This document shows, piece after piece, positions 24,759 through 37,425 of a DNA stretch of 64,000 nucleotides. Under the pieces are notes generated by a model that saw only the letters and a program-made list of their open reading frames with translations, was not told the DNA's origin and did no database searches. How positions within the stretch are numbered: position 1 is the first letter of the stretch; every line of letters begins with the position of its first letter. This stretch comes from Eledone cirrhosa. Lineage: Eukaryota. The stretch lies in contig OZ024743.1 of assembly GCA_964016885.1 (NCBI GenBank), positions 61,318,001 through 61,382,000 on the forward strand. Direction: 5' to 3'. The translations under genes were made by a program, and so were the position numbers.

Positions 24759-25363
24759 GGGGTATGTATATACACAAATGGAGTCTTGTGGTTTGAACAT
24801 GTTGAGTGGAGCAACATTTCTATTAACTTGACTTTCTAAGCAATTTTAAGACCGAATTTGATGTTAGATGTGTTCAAGCACGGACGGACCCTTCTATAGT
24901 CTTGTCGGATCTATGTTGTGGGGAACAATTTAACACACTTCAGGTAGAGTGAACATTGATTATGAGACATCTTGGTTAAAGCAACGGTAATGTTACTATC
25001 TTATTAGATCTCCTCAGCAAAGCATATTCATCCACCAAGTTGACTAGACTAAGAATAAGGCTAAATATATAAAGAACGGATAAGAAATTGTGTGTTTACC
25101 ATTAGAACTACAATATTTCCCGAAAACAAACGTCATGAAGTAGGAGGCAAGCAGAAAAAAACTATTGTATTGAAGTGGAAAAATTATTATTATTAATTTT
25201 CTTTCAGCCATTTGCTACATTTCTTGGGATATTGGGATAGACACTGTCTATGATTTACAAATAACTGCGAAAATTATTAATTTGGGAGGATTTAGTTGTA
25301 CGTTATAACTAACTTTCTCCATTATTAAGTTTGTGTTTTTGGAACAACTTAAGAAAGATTCTT

Positions 25364-25545
25364 ATTGGCAGTATCAGTAGAGGGTTGGACGCCATGCTTT
25401 CTAGCATAGTTACGTCCCTTTACGGTTTGAGTTCAAATCCCGTCGAGGTTAACTTTGCCTTTCATCCTTACGGGGTCGATAAAATAAAGTACCAGCAATG
25501 TACCGGGTTATTGCTGGCCTTGTGCCAAAAGTAGAAACAATTATT
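25364..25545 (+). mobile_element. Family A SINE
   Basis: Full match to 46563-46748. Confidence 0.85.
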
Positions 25546-27365
25546 ATGTGTGACTTTCTTTAGATAGATATAAACTCTTTAAAACAAACAGATTTGTATT
25601 ATAGAACCTTTGGCGGATTCGGACGTTTTGGTAACAAAAGGATTAACTGTAAAATACTAGTGCAGCGATATCTACATACAGAAAAATGGCCATTATCCTT
25701 GTTCAACTAGCCAACAGTAAATGTTAAATTTTTTCTTGCAAGGGGAGGTAACTCTTTATATCATATTCTTATCTCCCTTATATGCATATTTAATTATGTA
25801 GACTATAATTTTCTATAAATACTGTCTATGAGTATATCAGAGTCGAATGAGCATGGAATTCTGTTCATAATTATTTGGTACTAGGTTCGATACTACTGCT
25901 TCGCATCTTGGACAGGTGTCATTTACCATAGTGTCTGGTAAAACTGGGTATCTGAATAAACTGCGTTGATTAAAACTGCTTGAAACTTAGCCTTGTCACA
26001 CATTGTGTCAGGCTAAATATACCTTAAGTGTACACGTGTCTGGGAAACTCTCAGCAATTTATCCGCTTATTTCGTGAGCACAAAGTTCCATAGATATAAC
26101 GACAGGAACACTTATCTTCTAAACAGATGGTGATCAATTCAAATTTAGTATTAAGTGAACATATTTCTATAAATATTGATATTAAAATGAGTGTCTTTAA
26201 AAAGTCTTTTCACTGTTAGTTAACAGAGATGAATATTTTCGTTTAGAAAGACAGAAAGGCCATCTATAATTGAATACAAGGCTGCCTTACACAATGCGTT
26301 ACTCATCAGAAGGGAACTTATATCTAGGTATTTATCTATCTGCCTGTCTATCTGTCTATCAATTTATCTTTCTATTTTTCGCTATCTCTCGCTCTCATTC
26401 TCTTTCTCTTTCTCATCTTTTATTTTTCTTCCTCTCTCTCAGCCAGACTCTCCTTCTGTCTCTCACTCACTTTTGCTCTCTTTCTCCTCCCTCATTATAT
26501 GAGGAAAATAAGGCCAAAATTCTCCCTGATATCATGTTAATCATTCCAGCATCTTCATTCGCTGCAGCTGGCACATGTTTCAGTCTACTGGGTGAGGCTA
26601 GGCTTGGGCTGACCTGGGTACGGTGGGGTCTTAAACAGAAAACAAACAGCGGTTATAAGTCCAACAATAAGGAAGATTTTGAAGAAAAAGTAGAATATAA
26701 AAGCATAAAGAAAACTAGTCACAGAGATTCTCACAAGAGTTGTCTCCTACAGAATTATTTCCCTCTCTCCACGTTTAAAAACAAGGAAGGATATGTTTAC
26801 ACAAAAATTAAATTTAAGTTTAAAACTACTAATATACGACATGCTGTTCGTCAATATTTATTATATAAACATATATAAGCAGAACAAGGAAAAAACAGTA
26901 AAACCTCGTTTTAACGGAACCTAATAAAATGGATTTCGGATTTAGCGGATAAAATAACACCCTAAGATGGACTGGCGTCCTGTCCGGGGGAGTTTTGTAC
27001 TCTCACTCTCTTAACACCACGAAACCGAGATAAGTACTGACCTGACGAGCCTCCTGGCTTGAGAGAGTGTTTAGAGAGATAGAGAGGATAACATAATAAA
27101 ACCTAACACCATTACATTCACACACCTACGCGCCCACCAATGGGTCGCACTATTTTTGAGAAGGAATAAGATATTTAAGCCTATTTTCTTTATTATTCAT
27201 TTGAAATGTCGTTGGTGAGGGTGCTACATAGTTTGGTCTTTTAACGTTTCATATTTATTTTACCGAAACAAATCAATTCATCTGGCTCCCCAGATGAATC
27301 AATAGATGGAATTTGAAAGTCATTATCCAATATAAATATATATATGTAAATAAAAATTTTTTTTA

Positions 27366-28032
27366 AATCGCTCTCCATAGCTGAATACAATAAATGTAAT
27401 CTGAGTTTTTCGAATATTAATAATAATATTCCATACGTTTGCAATTATGCAAACAAGCCACATTTTTAAAACCTTGTCAATAGAATGAGCCCCTCATTCT
27501 TGCTCTTGTGTTGGCATGTAAACAGAACTGCAGACACTAATGTTTCTGGGTATCACCCTCCATCAGTACAAATCACTGTTCACCTGCCAACTGTCAGAGC
27601 TAGTGAAAATATATATTTTCTAAAATATACAGTGACTGATCGGCCTAATTTGCATATTAGCAGACTGGCTGATCAGTCAGATCAGCATATTAGCAGATCC
27701 ACTGATCAGACAGATTTGCATATCAGCAAACTGGCCAGTCAGTTTCCTGTATACGAGCGATAAATGGCTGGCCGGCTTTGCCATATTCAAATAACATGTT
27801 TTAAAAATATCGCTCTACATGGCTGAATTCCGACAGCTGGCAGGTGAAAAGTGAACTGTACTGATAAAGGGTGATACCCAGAAACATTAGTGTCTGCAGT
27901 TCTGTTTACATGCCAACACAAGAGCAAGAATGAGGGACTCATTCTACTGACATGGTTTTAAAAATGAGGCTTGTTTGCATAATTGCAAACGAATCGAATA
28001 TTGTTATTAATATTCGAAAAACTCAGATTACA
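27366..28032. mobile_element. Fold-back PLE pseudo-LTR element (arms ~27395-27596 / 27830-28032) with a hammerhead fold in each arm
   Basis: ~200-bp inverted arms; same family as 35705-36135. Confidence 0.8.
27854..27901 (+). ncRNA. Minimal type I hammerhead fold, core variant CUGAUAA (probably inactive)
   Basis: aacugua CUGAUAA a ggg-ugaua-ccc a GAAA cauuagug UC ugcaguu. Confidence 0.65.
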
Positions 28033-28054
28033 ATGTATATATGTATAAATCTTA

Positions 28055-28108
<54 letters not shown>

Positions 28109-28117
28109 TTATCTATC

Positions 28118-28200
<83 letters not shown>

Positions 28201-28214
28201 TATATATATATATA

Positions 28215-28468
28215 ATTAGAAAGTGAACAACACAATATATAACTACTCCATTACCAAAGGTTTCAGGACCTAGACAATATTAACATACGTCTAGTTCATA
28301 ACCCCTTTGTCTCATGAACGAACTACACGTATGTTAATATTGACTAGGGTCCTGAAACTTTTGGTAATGGAGTACTTACATATTGTGTTGTTCACTTTCT
28401 AATTAAATAGCTCTGATTTATTCATAGAGCACTCTATTTTCCTTTACATTTTATTCGGAAATACCTTA
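28215..28468. repeat. Fold-back repeat (~85-bp arms + one-sided tail) in (TA)n; related copy at ~62795-62940
   Basis: AATTAGAAAGTGAACAACAC... / ...GTGTTGTTCACTTTCTAATT. Confidence 0.85.
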
Positions 28469-28552
28469 TATATATATATATATATATGCATGTATGTGTG
28501 TGCGTGTGTGTGTGCGTGTGTGTGTGTTTAATTTATATATATATATTTATTT

Positions 28553-29092
28553 ATTCATTAGTTAAGCAAAACAAGGCCACAAACTTCACAAGGAAGACAT
28601 TATTAAAAGATTGTCAACATATTTTAGTTTGATGTAAGGAATGTAGAGAATAATAATAATAATATTAATAATAATAATGTCCGTTTACAATTGTTTCGCT
28701 ACTCCATATAATATTTCTGGATCAGATGATTATATATCATAATTGATCTGGTTCAGTTGAAAATAATTAACATATTTAAAAAACAGAGTGGCTCATCGGA
28801 ACTTCAAAGGAATATAAATTAAAATAATGGGATAATGTTACATAATATAATGTTCCATATATTGGTTTTTACTATGGTGTCTTGGTTGCATCAGTTTTCA
28901 GCCACAATCAAGCACTATTCATCTTTCGAGGCTGCATTGTGTGAGATCTGCATATGGGTAACCCATAGGCAGATATTGCACATTGAGCACATGCCTTTAC
29001 GCTTTGGTTTCTAACTAACTCACCAATCTCTCCTCTCATATCTCCTCTACTATCTCCATCTCTCTCTTTAAGATTGGTTACTCTTGAACTGT
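28553..29092. mobile_element. PLE 3' UTR/pseudo-LTR remnant, same family as 56397-59030 (28553-28960 antisense, then a sense tail)
   Basis: 28553-28960 is the reverse complement of ~58432-58848; 28971-29092 matches 58910-59030. Confidence 0.85.
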
Positions 29093-29104
29093 GTATATAT
29101 ATAT

Positions 29105-29505
29105 TTATATATTAATTTGAGTATAGACACAGTTGCTAAGTACTTCACTACCTCCTTATGGATAACTGGCGCTTCACACCAGATCCGAACACAGAAGAGC
29201 CGAACTCCCACTGCCATCACCCCCATCTATCTCGAACTTCCCATCTCTCTGTATTGTGAGCATATGGAGTCCCACGTGCTGGCCGCCCCACGGTCCCGGG
29301 GGACAGAATGGAGAAGGCGTTTCCCCGGAGGATGGTGAGGGAGATGCGCTGGAAGAGCCATTCCATCTGGCGAGGCTCACACCTGTGGCTAGCCAGCTCA
29401 GCGCCTATGGTGGTAAGTAGGGAAGTAGCCCTAGGGCCAAGGACATCAGAAGTCTCCACTGCTAGGGGCTCGACTGCAAATCTGTTGGAGAGCGACCGGT
29501 AGTTG
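29105..29505 (-). mobile_element. CRE-like (RLE) non-LTR element 3' fragment
   Basis: VEPLAVETSDVLGP..LLTTIG..WLFQRISLTILRGNAFSIL. Confidence 0.75.
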
Positions 29506-29615
<110 letters not shown>

Positions 29616-29808
29616 TACCGACCGCGGTGCCAAGCGGTTTCGGCGCCTCGGTCGGAATTTTACATATCCCTATACCGCTCTGCATTTCCCCATGAATTCA
29701 GTACTCCCATGATTAATGGTCTCCCCTGTCTCAGCACCGCAGGCTCTCATCTCACACTCACTCTCTCTATATATATCTCTCTATCTCTTTATTTCCCTTT
29801 CTCTTTTT

Positions 29809-29868
<60 letters not shown>

Positions 29869-30166
29869 CTCCCATTCACTCACTCACTCACTATCTCTTA
29901 CTATTGTGAATATATAGGCGTGAAAGAGAAGGGAGCAAATTTTTTAAAGAGAATTTTTAAAAAACAAGCTGAGACAGGGTCAAATAACAATCACAAGTAA
30001 ATGAGATAATTCTCTTTAAAATGTTTATTCTTGCATATTGTCTGCCTCTGACTAACCAGTGTATTTTGGTAAATTGATTTCATATGTTGTATATTCTTGG
30101 TATTCAGTGGTCTCTTGACGAATACACAGGGAAGAATGGAAGAAGACAATAGAAAATAGGATTTTG

Positions 30167-30250
<84 letters not shown>

Positions 30251-30530
30251 GGAATAGAATGAAGCGAAATTTCATTTCTCACTCTTAGTACGGCACTTAC
30301 GTAATTGCAAGTATGTATGTATGTATACGTACATACATATATAAATACAGACGTACAGTAGTATGTATATCTATACATACATGCACACATAAATATATGC
30401 ACCATTTATCGTTTTCGGTGCGCCCAGCCGACTGAATTCACGCGATATGCAAATTAGGCTGCTCAGCCGTTAATATGCATAGGGAAAGTATATACTTTCA
30501 GACGTTCAACCATCTGGCAGGAAGGTATAC

Positions 30531-30569
30531 GATACTGACGATAGCTAATAAGCTTGAAACTAGTACATT
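30531..30569 (+). ncRNA. Minimal type I hammerhead fold
   Basis: gaua CUGACGA u agcu-aaua-agcu u GAAA cuag UA cauu; palindromic stem III, one mismatch in stem I. Confidence 0.6.
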
Positions 30570-30799
30570 TTTCCTGTGTCAGTGTTGAACAAAAAGGTGA
30601 CGTGGTTGCCTAAACACTGTACGGCGTAATTCGTAGTTCACAAACAAACAAACCGAGCATTATAATAAATGTTCGGTAAACCGATACGTGCATATATATA
30701 TGTGTGCATGTATGTATATATATACATACTACTGTATGTCTGTATACATATATGTATGTACGTATACATACATACATACTTATATATATATATATATAT

Positions 30800-32456
30800 A
30801 ATGGAAAATTTGAACAGGAACAAAACAGAGAGGCAGTACAACGAATGTTTATTAATTTCACGCTCTGGAGAGTGGGGTGGTGGTGGGGAACGACGTTTCG
30901 GGCATAAGCCCTTCTTCAGGTGAAAAGTGTGTGGGAAGAGAGTTCAAAGGGTGTGTAGGGTAGTGGCGGAGAGACATATAACGAAAAGGGGGTGGGAGGA
31001 AACGGTGCGAATGAAATTAAAAATAAAAGCATGACAAAATAAAATAAAATTAAAATGTGGTAAAACAGGTGGTGGAAGGGTGTGGGTGTGTAGGGGTGGT
31101 GGCGGGTGGAGTGGGGAGAGGGAGACGGGGTGTCCAAGCGGGGAGGGCTGAAGGTGGTGTGTGTGTGTAGGTGTACGTGTGTGTGTGTGTGTATGTGAAA
31201 GCAAGGGTTGGGGGAAGAACGGGGTTGCATGTTCAGGAAGAGGTGAGTGTGGGGTGGGGTGTAGGTCGGAGTGTGTGTGCGTGTGTGGATAGAGGGGTGG
31301 GTGAGAGGAATCCGGAGGCTGAAGGTGTAAATATGTGGTGGAAAGTACGTGTGTGTGGGGTTTAAGCGTGTTGTGGGTGTAGGTGGCGTGTGGGAAAAAA
31401 AATGTTTTTGGGTGTTTGTGTGGGTGAGTTATAAAGGTGATTCCGTAAGAGATGAGGTTGAAAGGTTGGTAAACTCCTAGGATGGTAGTTGATTCTGCGG
31501 TCAAGCTCCACATACGAGTAATCCATGGAGAGATGGTCGGAAGAGGAGAGATGTAGGGTGCGCGCGCAACAGGAAGTGGTCAAGGCGGTAGGAGTGCTGT
31601 GTGTCTGTGTGTGCTGGGAGGTGGTCAGAAGGCATAGCAGCAGTAGGGTGGAATGGTAAAGGGGCGAGGATGGGTAGGTGTGAAAGTTGGAGTGAGGAGG
31701 GTGTGTGTGTGTATTAGTAGAGGTGTTAGTGGGATGTGTGAGTGTGGAGAAAGGGTGTGGGTGGAGCGGGGAGAGAAGGGTGTGTGGGTCGATGGAGGGA
31801 GTGTGGTGTACTGGTGTATGTGTAGTTCGATGAAGGGGTGTCAGTATACGGGAGGTGGAGAAAGGGTTGAATGCAGGTGTGAGTGGGGGTTAGTGGTGGT
31901 AGGGTGTGTAGATTTGGTGGTGTACGAGGGTGTGTGGGTACGTGTGCGTGGGGTTGGGGGGGTGTTAGTGATGTTAGTTGCGTGTGGGGTGGGTGGTGTA
32001 AGTGGGTGCGTGTGTTCGTGTGCTTGGGGTCAGGGGGTGTTATTGATGTTAGTTGCGTGGTGATGGGATGGATGTGTGGGGGTGAATGTGTGGGGGTGAG
32101 GGTTAGTGGTGGTAGTAGGGTGTGTGTTTAGTGTGAGCGCGTGTATATATGTGCCGGTGGGTGTGTGCGTGTGATAAGGAGGGGGGAGGAGAAGAAGGGA
32201 GGGATGTTAGTATGTTAGTTGGGGAAGGGTGGTCGGATGAGGGGTGGCGTGGAGGTGTTAGTATTGTTAGTTGTGGGGTGGGCGGTGAAAAGGAGGGGTG
32301 TGTTAGTGGTGTTAGTGGGGGATATGTGTGGGGGGAGGGGGGCGGTCGAAGGCTAAAGAATAAGGGTGGGGAGTTCAGGCCGGGGGGAGTGTGGGTCTGT
32401 AAGATGAAGATGGTTCTTTGTTCAACTCTGAGGAGATTGGCGGGTGTTCCGTGATA
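30800..32456 (-). mobile_element. PLE 3' region: GIY-YIG C-terminus, long C/A-rich low-complexity UTR, hammerhead core
   Basis: RVEQRTIFILQTHTPPGLN at ~32370-32430; CUGAAGA a gggc-uuau-gccc GAAA cg UC at ~30892-30919; flanked by (TA)n. Confidence 0.6.
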
Positions 32457-32602
32457 TTTATATATATATATATATATATATATTAATAAGAGGAATTCCA
32501 ACTTTGTCTGATTTACTCGTTTTATTTACAATCCTTTAAAATATATATAATATGGTATTATAATGAAATAGTATGATAGAATATTAAATTCTAAGTGTTA
32601 CT

Positions 32603-32641
32603 TGAACAAGTACTTTCATACTCTCGCAATCTTCAGGTTCA
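32603..32641 (-). ncRNA. Minimal type I hammerhead ribozyme
   Basis: ugaac CUGAAGA u ugc-GAGA-gua u GAAA guac UU guuca. Confidence 0.75.
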
Positions 32642-32719
32642 TGATATGTGGTGACAGTCGAGTTTGCAATTTTCAACTCGACAGTTGAAAATTGCAAACT
32701 CGACTGTCACCACATATCA

Positions 32720-32758
32720 TGAACCTGAAGATTGCGAAAGCATGAAAGTACTTGTTCA
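32720..32758 (+). ncRNA. Minimal type I hammerhead ribozyme
   Basis: ugaac CUGAAGA u ugc-GAAA-gca u GAAA guac UU guuca; 5-bp stem I, GNRA loop II, palindromic stem III (AGUACU). Confidence 0.8.
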
Positions 32759-32936
32759 ATTAACACTTAGAATTTAATATTCTATCATACTATTTCATTA
32801 TAATACCATATTATATATATTTTAAAGGATTGTAAATAAAACGAGTAAATCAGACAAAGTTGGAATTCCTCTTATTAATATAATCTTCTATACACAATCA
32901 TACACACCCGTGTATATTTACCTATCTATATCTATA

Positions 32937-32996
<60 letters not shown>

Positions 32997-33573
32997 CACA
33001 TATATTTTCCTCCGCTGTGACCCGTCTATTTCGTTCTTACTGCTTCCTCTTTCTCTGTATCTTTACCCTCTCTAACAGTCACTCTCTCTGTTAGCCTCTT
33101 CCTCACCCTTCACTCACTCACTCTCTGCTACTACCTCTCCTACTTCCTCCCGTTTGACCTGTGCGTAATTCTTTTCTCGCGCACGCTTGACCAGGTTGGT
33201 TGTTCCTTTTTTCTCTCTTGTCTACGATTTCACAGAACTTATCTTCACCGAATTCAGGGACTAGACTCCTTCTTCCTTTCGTTTGACATGTGCGGAATTC
33301 CTTCCTTGCTCACATTTCGACTAGGTTTGATGGTCTTTATTCTCTCTCGTTCACGATTTCACCGAATTTATATTCATGGAATCTGGGACTTGACTCTTTC
33401 TTCCTCACTTTCCGTTGCATTACCATCTTTGTTTGTTTACAGTCTCGCTCGTTCCCCTTATTTACGTGTCCCAACGACTTTCTTTAGCCGTTGCTCGCAC
33501 CAACCGGAGGTATATGGTCTGTAAAGCGATGAAATACCAATGAAGGTTGGAAGATCACTGATGAAGGACTAAC

Positions 33574-33659
<86 letters not shown>

Positions 33660-33736
33660 TGTATAGTATATTTGGCAATATACCGTATATTTAATTAAAA
33701 ACATTATATATATATATATACAAATATATTTATATA

Positions 33737-33851
33737 TATTTAATATAGAAATGGCTTCTACAGGACTAGAACTGTTTCATTCGGGAGAAATCATCAGGAA
33801 GCCCGAATGAAACATTTCTAGTCCCGTAGAACCCAATTCCATATTAAATAT
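33737..33851. repeat. Fold-back repeat with hammerhead-like core; related copies ~18350-18450 (+) and ~19470-19566 (-)
   Basis: GGCTTCTACAGGACTAGAACTGTTTCATTCG arms; minus strand CTGATGA...GAATGAAACAGTTC. Confidence 0.7.
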
Positions 33852-34096
33852 TTATACTCTGCTATCTATTGAGTACCTTACTTATTGTGGTTTTCCATTG
33901 AGTACTTTGGTGCGTTATGGTCCACCTGGTTCCTTACCACATTTCCTTCGTTATATATATATATATATATTTTTATTTATTTTAGTTGAGTTTGAATTAT
34001 TTTTCCCACATCTTACGTTAACTATTTTGACGCTATAGTCACTTATATATTATGGAATACTGTTGGCTTTTTGCTACAATGTTTTCTATACCTTTC

Positions 34097-34146
<50 letters not shown>

Positions 34147-34243
34147 AGGGGGTGTAACTTGGAGTTACTGCAGGTTCACCCGGGAGAGCACTCGATGTTT
34201 AGGTTCTCTTCTGTGATGAGGTGTAGAGCTATACAGAGTATAA

Positions 34244-34557
34244 TATATTGAAAGGATAACAAGGACGATTGGTTACTTCTTCATTACATTTATTGGTAGG
34301 TGACGCGTGTTTCGCCACTGATCAGCTCAAGGTTCGATCTGTATCGATCCTACCCGACTCAATGAATTTCTGTCTTTACCAGATAGCATGTATTTCATTT
34401 TCTTATAGCATTTTAAAGGGTCCGTCGAGCTGCCGATCATTGAGTCGGGTAGGATCGATACAGATCAAACCTTGAGCTGATCAGTGGCGAAACGCGCGTC
34501 ACCTACCAATAAATGTAATGAAGGAGTAACCAATCGTCCTTGTTATCCTTTCAATAT
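34244..34557. repeat. Fold-back repeat (~120-bp arms) containing a degenerate hammerhead
   Basis: Arms ~34244-34365 / 34437-34557; GGC GAAA CGCGCG TC. Confidence 0.9.
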
Positions 34558-34638
34558 ATATATATAATATATATAATGATTTACATAGAGCACTCTTCAC
34601 TCCTATGACTTTTTCAATTTTCAACGGAAACTTCAATA

Positions 34639-34743
<105 letters not shown>

Positions 34744-34906
34744 TATTTGAATTGTTGGAAATCCAACAAATATAGATGTTTATAACTGATTCAGAGCACT
34801 CGACAGTTTCTGGAGTAAGTATTCAATGATATTAAATAAATGGAAACTATATTTATAAAACCATATTTATTCTATTATAAATATCAAATATTTATAAAAC
34901 ATTTTG

Positions 34907-34968
34907 TATTTTATCTGATGATAGCGTACCAAAATTGTTGGTACCCCTGAAATATATATAATAGAATA
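34907..34968 (+). ncRNA. Type I hammerhead ribozyme (within fold-back ~34824-35010)
   Basis: uauuuuau CUGAUGA u ag c guaccaa-aauug-uugguac cc cu GAAA uauaua UA auagaaua; 8-bp stem I. Confidence 0.82.
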
Positions 34969-35005
34969 AATATGGTTTTATAAATAGTTTACATTTATTT
35001 AATAT

Positions 35006-35062
<57 letters not shown>

Positions 35063-35134
35063 TGCTCCAAGATAGCGCATACACACTTATATGACACTTA
35101 TATGAATGTATAGTTACACACATACATACATACA

Positions 35135-35166
<32 letters not shown>

Positions 35167-35552
35167 CTATATACATACAAGCATAAATACATACACACGT
35201 ATATATATATATGTATTTATATCAATTAAAGTATTCGTGGTGCATCATTATGTTTATTCGCGTATGGAATACTGATGATGCTCAAGTTATACACTTATAA
35301 ATAGATAAACATATAATGCAGACCAACATTATATGATAGGCGGGAAAGTTGGCATCAAACTGACGAGAGATAACGTTCCCGAAACTGAATATATAACCTT
35401 TAGGTCGTTTAGTCGAGGTTAGTAATTTTCTCTATTCGTTTACGTCTTGAACTAGTGGCGTAGCCTCATATAATTTAATGAAAAATACTTGTTATCACAA
35501 ATCATGGTGAAGCCCGTGATGCAACTATGTTTCTTATTTACAAGTGTATATG

Positions 35553-35654
<102 letters not shown>

Positions 35655-35704
35655 TGTGCGTGTGCGTGTGTGTATGTGTATGTGTGTGTGTGTAATTTAA
35701 AAAC

Positions 35705-36135
35705 AAATCTCGCTCTACATGGCTGAATACAATAAATGTAATCTGAGTGTTTCGAATATTAATAATAACATTCGATTCGTTTGCAATTATGTGAACAAGC
35801 CTCATTTTTAAAGCCATGTCAGTAGAATGAACCCTTCATTTTTGCTCTTGTGTTGGCATGCGAACAGAACTGCAGACACTAATGTTTCTGGGTATCACCC
35901 TTCATCAGAACAGCTCACTGTTCACCTGGCAACTATCAGAGCTAGTGAAAATATATGCTATTTTCTAAAATATACAGTGACTGATCGGCTTGATTTGCAT
36001 ATTAGCAGACTGGCTGATCAGTCAGATCTGCATATTAGCAGATCCACTGATCAGCCAGATTTGCATATCATCAGACTGGCCAGTCAGTCTCCTGTATACG
36101 AGCGATAAATGGCTGGCTTGCCACATTCAAATAAA
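35705..36135 (-). mobile_element. PLE pseudo-LTR family copy (as 27366-27790)
   Basis: Colinear similarity to 27366-27790. Confidence 0.8.
35870..35913 (-). ncRNA. Minimal type I hammerhead ribozyme
   Basis: cuguu CUGAUGA a ggg-ugaua-ccc a GAAA cauuagug UC ugcag. Confidence 0.72.
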
Positions 36136-36139
36136 AAAA

Positions 36140-37113
36140 CTAACGATCGAAAATTCCAGCTAAGCATTCGGTATGTCGGAGGGACGGGTCTTGTCAGACA
36201 GGGGCATTTCGTTTGGCACTAAGATAAGTGTCGTCTGCGAATCCTGTGACCTGACTGCTTTCTTGTACTCTTCTGAGACTCGGATCACATACCGACATCA
36301 TATCAAGACATTGGAAAGATTCCACCAAAAATACCTACGGCGTAATCTGAACATTAAGTGGCAGTTATTTACAACCGACACCATTGTTTTGCAACGCGCC
36401 AATACACCCAGCATAGAAAACTACTCATTCGAAACCAACTGCCTTGGGCAGGGCGTTTAAGGTAGATGGGAGATAAGAGGTTGCCTAAGCGAATTTTGTA
36501 TGGAGAGTTATCTCTTGGTAAACGCCCCAGACACAAACCCAAGAAACATTTCAGAGATGTCCAAGTCAACCTGACGACTCTTGGTATTAGTGTTGAGAAT
36601 TTAGATGACGAGGCAGAGAATAGATCTGGCCGGAGAAGTTTAGTTTATGATGGTTGTAATCGTTTTGAAATCAAAGGGATGGAACATCCGGTGTTTAAAA
36701 GAGCACTCAAGAAAGGTGATGTAGGCTCGGACCTGGATGATATCCGGTTGGAGCATGTCTAAAACATCTATGGAAGGGTTGTTCTTTCTCGTGCTGGGCT
36801 TGTTAGTCAGTCATTTAAGAGCTCAAAGAAATCAGCAGTGTGGGACCGATAACGTTGGTCGCCACCCTGAAAAGCCTGTGGTATATTTGTGTCTGTTTTG
36901 CAACAAAGCCTGTAGGTCTGCTGCTGAACTCAAGCAGCTATGAGAGTACATATGCAGGAGGTTACATTCAAGACTATCCGAGCGGCCTCGTGTATGTCAC
37001 ATCCGTAAAACAGTATACAGGAGCGAGGCAGATTTGTGGAGTCATTTGCGGGCTCATGGCCGTTCAGCACAAGGTTGAAGAAATGCTTCTCTTCTGCAAA
37101 GAAGTGACAGTTA
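36140..37113 (+). mobile_element. RTE-clade LINE 3' fragment, frameshifted
   Basis: TKISV..LYSSET..HIKTLERFHQKYLRRNLNIKW; MGDKRLPKRILYGELSLGKR; degenerate C2H2-like CLFCNKAC. Confidence 0.8.
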
Positions 37114-37184
<71 letters not shown>

Positions 37185-37385
37185 CACACACAGTTTGTTC
37201 GCTTTTTACGCGAATTTGAACTACGCGAATTCGCTCTAACGTCTCTTAAAAAAATATTATTAAATATTCAATATGCACGAGTAACTCGGTATAATGTGTG
37301 TGTTTTTTATTTTTTTTATTTACGGTAAAATTAAACCTCAATTAGGCGAATTTGCTTTACGAACGGATCTTTGCGTAAAAAGTGT

Positions 37386-37425
<40 letters not shown>

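Larger units (their letters stand above)
32481..32881. repeat. 400-bp near-perfect palindrome (PLE fold-back) in (TA)n
   Basis: ~198-bp arms around CGAC at ~32679-32682; few mismatches. Confidence 0.95.

Noticed and set aside
32481-32881. DNA-transposon MITE or miRNA precursor interpretation of the palindromes
   Set aside because: Arms contain hammerhead folds, carry one-sided tails and in one family link directly to a GIY-YIG ORF, which fits PLE fold-backs better
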